Shown piece after piece: positions 61,150 through 64,000 of a stretch of 64,000 bases of DNA. The notes under the pieces were generated by a model. The model made no database searches and was not told the DNA's origin. It saw nothing but the letters and a program-made list of their open reading frames with translations. Position 1 is the stretch's first letter. Every line of letters starts with the position of its first letter. The position numbers and the translations under genes are program-made. This DNA is from Octopus vulgaris (Eukaryota). The DNA is taken from assembly GCA_951406725.2 (NCBI GenBank), contig OX597830.1:21948001-22012000 (forward strand). The letters are read 5' to 3'.

Positions 61150-61560
61150 AAGACAAAAAAAAATTTAAGTTTTGTTACAGTGTATTGAACCTATAGTTTT
61201 CTTCTAGGCATAAACTACAGAATTTATTGTTAATTTTGTAAGAAGGTGCAAATGTTACAATTTTCCATTGAATTATGAAATCAACATTGTTTTGTTTTTT
61301 TTGAGAGTACAGTACAGTTCGCTTTGCTTTGGTCCCTAAATGTTGATTCATGGTTCGCTATTCTTGATTTTATCCAATTTTGTGTACGTCCAATATAATA
61401 TTTTGAGGAATCCTGTATTATAATTGCTGCTTGGTATACTACATTTTTTCTTTTACAATCTCTGTCAAACATACATGCACTTGGGTCTCTACAAATACAG
61501 TTTTTATGTGTAGGTAATGTTATGTTATTACTAGACTTTGTTGATTTATATGGGTTGTAA
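61150..61560 (-). mobile_element. Penelope-like element GIY-YIG endonuclease fragment
   Basis: CICRDPSACMFDRDCKRKNVVYQA...YYIGRTQNWIKSRIANHESTF: Cys-rich linker followed by VVY...YIG and R..NH...F. Confidence 0.8.
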
Positions 61561-61572
61561 TTATTAAGAGTA

Positions 61573-61693
61573 CAGTAGTTCCCCAGTATTTGCAGGGGTT
61601 ATGTTCCAAGAACACCCACAAATAGTGAAAAACTGCAAATATTGGACGTAGTCCATAAAAATGCCTATAAATGCCAAAATATGAAAAAAATAT

Positions 61694-61724
<31 letters not shown>

Positions 61725-62900
61725 TTAATAATTTAATAAAAATTAAAGTAAAATGTACTGTTACTCACCAATAATGAATGATATTGATTTAAGACGATAA
61801 TGATGAAAATAATGAAGGTAATGACTGCACAACAAAGAAAATTTAAAGCTCTTCAGGTGTTTTAGGGGATGTCATATTTTCATCCAAGGCTTTCTTGGTG
61901 GGTTTGAGGAACATTGTGAGGGGAAGTTGCTGTCGTTGTTTCTTCATGGTGATGAGGAGAGTTTTATACGTCTGCATGACCGAACCATATAGGGATCCCA
62001 TGCTCCCGCCTTCCCTTGAAATTCCTTTGCTATCCTTAAAAGCTCAGACAGACGTTCAATTGCCAGGCCCACCTCATACTCCTCTTCCTCTGGATCTGAC
62101 GCTTCCTCCTCCTCTTTGTTGGCAAACTTCATTAACTCCAACAAATCTTTGTCTATCGGGGTTTCAAAGTGGGCATCCATGAGGTCGTTGACCTCATCTT
62201 CTGTGATGTCAAAACCTTTGCCAGTTTCACCACATTGTTAACAGCCTCATGCTGAATATCTTCAGGTGAGAAGCCCTCGTAGTCCTGGACATACTCTGGC
62301 CACACCTTCTTCCAGCAAACAATGAGGGTTTCTTTGCTGTCAATGGTCTTGGTTGCAGTTCTTCAGTACCTTCTGTTCTGTCTCCTCTGTCAAACTGCTG
62401 GTATAATTTCCGAGCTTTCTCACAGATGATTTTATCCCTCAGGGAGATGTTTTTCTTCTTGCAGTCACTGATCCACAATGCCAAGGCAGATTCCATCCTG
62501 ACGAAGTGCTTATTTCTCACTATCATTATCTTTTTGGCAGTTTCACAGAAACTTACTGCTACGATAGTCCTGATCGCCATCTCGTTTGTCTTTACATAGC
62601 GTATGATGCTTTTGTTGACAACATAATAGTGACCAACTGCAGCATAACTTTTACCTTCTGGGAACATACCCAGCAGTTGTGCCTTCTCATGGAGCGTCAT
62701 AACCTTTTTCTGGTGCTTAGGTTCACTGCCAGAAGTTTTAGAAGGTGTAGGGAATTTGGGCAACATCTTAAGGCTTTAATAACACATTGTGAAAAACACA
62801 GACTCAACAAAATACTGGAGAAAGCTACTGGACGCAGTCTTTCCAAACAAAAAAACTTCATTGCATCTAATATTGCGCTTACCACCAATGGGAAATTGAG
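61573..62900 (-). mobile_element. Tigger/pogo transposon, internally deleted
   Basis: ORF 62227-62766 CENP-B-type HTH (KVMTLHEKAQLL...SYAAVGHYY...MESALALWISDC); TA followed by cagtagttccccagtatttgcaggggttatgttccaag TIR at 61571. Confidence 0.85.
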
Positions 62901-63236
62901 CAGAGATTAAAAATAATCATGGTTTTGAAAAATTTAGTTTGTATTACCAATAGATATAGTAATCTATACTATAATAATAAGAGAGAGAGGGGGACCAGCA
63001 AGTAACCTAATTTCAATGAGGCTATATTGGCTCACAACCTTAAAAATTATCCTGTTGAAATAAATGTTGTGTATTCATGGCGTTAGGAAAGACATCCAGA
63101 TGTAGAAACTCTGCCAGATCAGATTGGAGTCTGGTGCAGCCATCTGGTTCGCCAGACCTCAGTCAAATCATCCAACCCATGCTAGCATGGAAAACGGACG
63201 TTAAACGATGATGATGATGATCTATATATATATATA

Positions 63237-64000
63237 CATCATCAGCATCGTTTAATGTCCATTTTCCATGCTGGCAAGGGTTGGATGGTTTGACTGAGGT
63301 CAGGAGAGCCAGCAGCTGTACCAGGCTCCAATCTTATCTGGCAATGTTTTTACAGCTGGATACCCTTCCTAACGACAATCACTCTGAGAGTGTAGTAGAT
63401 GCTTTTTATGTGCCACCAGCACAGCAGCCAGTCAGGCCGACCTGGCATCGACCACGTTCAGATGGTGCTTTTTATGTGGGAGACAATCAAGCGGACCTGG
63501 CATCAACCACGTTCAGATGGTGCTTTTTCTGTTCCACCGGTACGGGAGCCAGTCTGTGGGAATTGACCACAGCTACAATATTGGTTTTATTTGACTTAAC
63601 AGATCTTCTCAAGCATATCATATCGCCCAGCACATCAGGGGTATTCTTTACAGGGCCAGACATGCATGGCTGCGATATCACTTTAGTTGCTGGTTCTTCT
63701 CAATCACAGCATAGCTCCAAAGGTCCCGGTCTCCTGTCAATGCCTCTGCGAGGCCCAATCTTCAACGGTCATGCTTCACCACCACATCCCATGTCTTCCT
63801 GGGTCTACCTCTTCCACAGGTTCCTTCTACAGTTAGGGAGTGACACTTCCTCACACAGCTGTCTTCATTCATATGTAACACATGACCGTACCAGCGCAGT
63901 TGCCTCTCTTGCACACCACATTTGATGCTTCTTATGCCCAACTTTTCTCTCACGGCACTTACACTGTCGTGTATGTACACTGACATTACACATCCAGTGG
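63237..64000 (-). mobile_element. RTE-type LINE 3' end with UTR and tail
   Basis: ERQLRWYGHVLHMNEDSCVRKC...RGRGRPRKTWDVVVKHD, followed by the shared 3' UTR and (ATG)n. Confidence 0.85.

Overview
AT-rich, repeat-dense eukaryotic genomic DNA. The SINE, MITE and microsatellite repertoire looks like an octopod cephalopod (Octopus); this is inferred from recall and not searched. The window is almost entirely one large minus-strand gene of the SAFB/SLTM (scaffold attachment factor B) family. I traced 19 GT-AG exons by hand between 58804 and 1371. Their phases chain into an open frame of 2970 nt (989 aa + stop): acidic/Lys-rich region, SAFB-type RRM (exons 23068-23159 and 21501-21650), degenerate Arg/Glu-rich region, Gly-rich tail ending ...YTNMRRF. 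The 5' part of the gene, including any SAP domain, lies beyond position 64000. Most ORFs in the supplied track are microsatellite or SINE noise. Introns hold mariner elements, a Chapaev3-type element, Tigger/pogo, piggyBac-like and 8-bp-TSD MITEs, Helitron-type elements, RTE/CR1/Dong-type LINE fragments, Penelope-like remnants and many SINEs. Highlights: (1) a tandemly duplicated, phase-symmetric exon module in which three exons of one copy equal one fused exon of the other, with intron sequence of copy A homologous to coding sequence of copy B; (2) a minimal hammerhead ribozyme with a C3G:G8C covariant core forming the loop of an 85-bp inverted repeat, plus a second decayed hammerhead; (3) TSD-flanked retroposon copies with twin-priming-type inversions; (4) a young CpG-rich tandem-repeat insertion carrying decoy 5' splice sites next to an exon.
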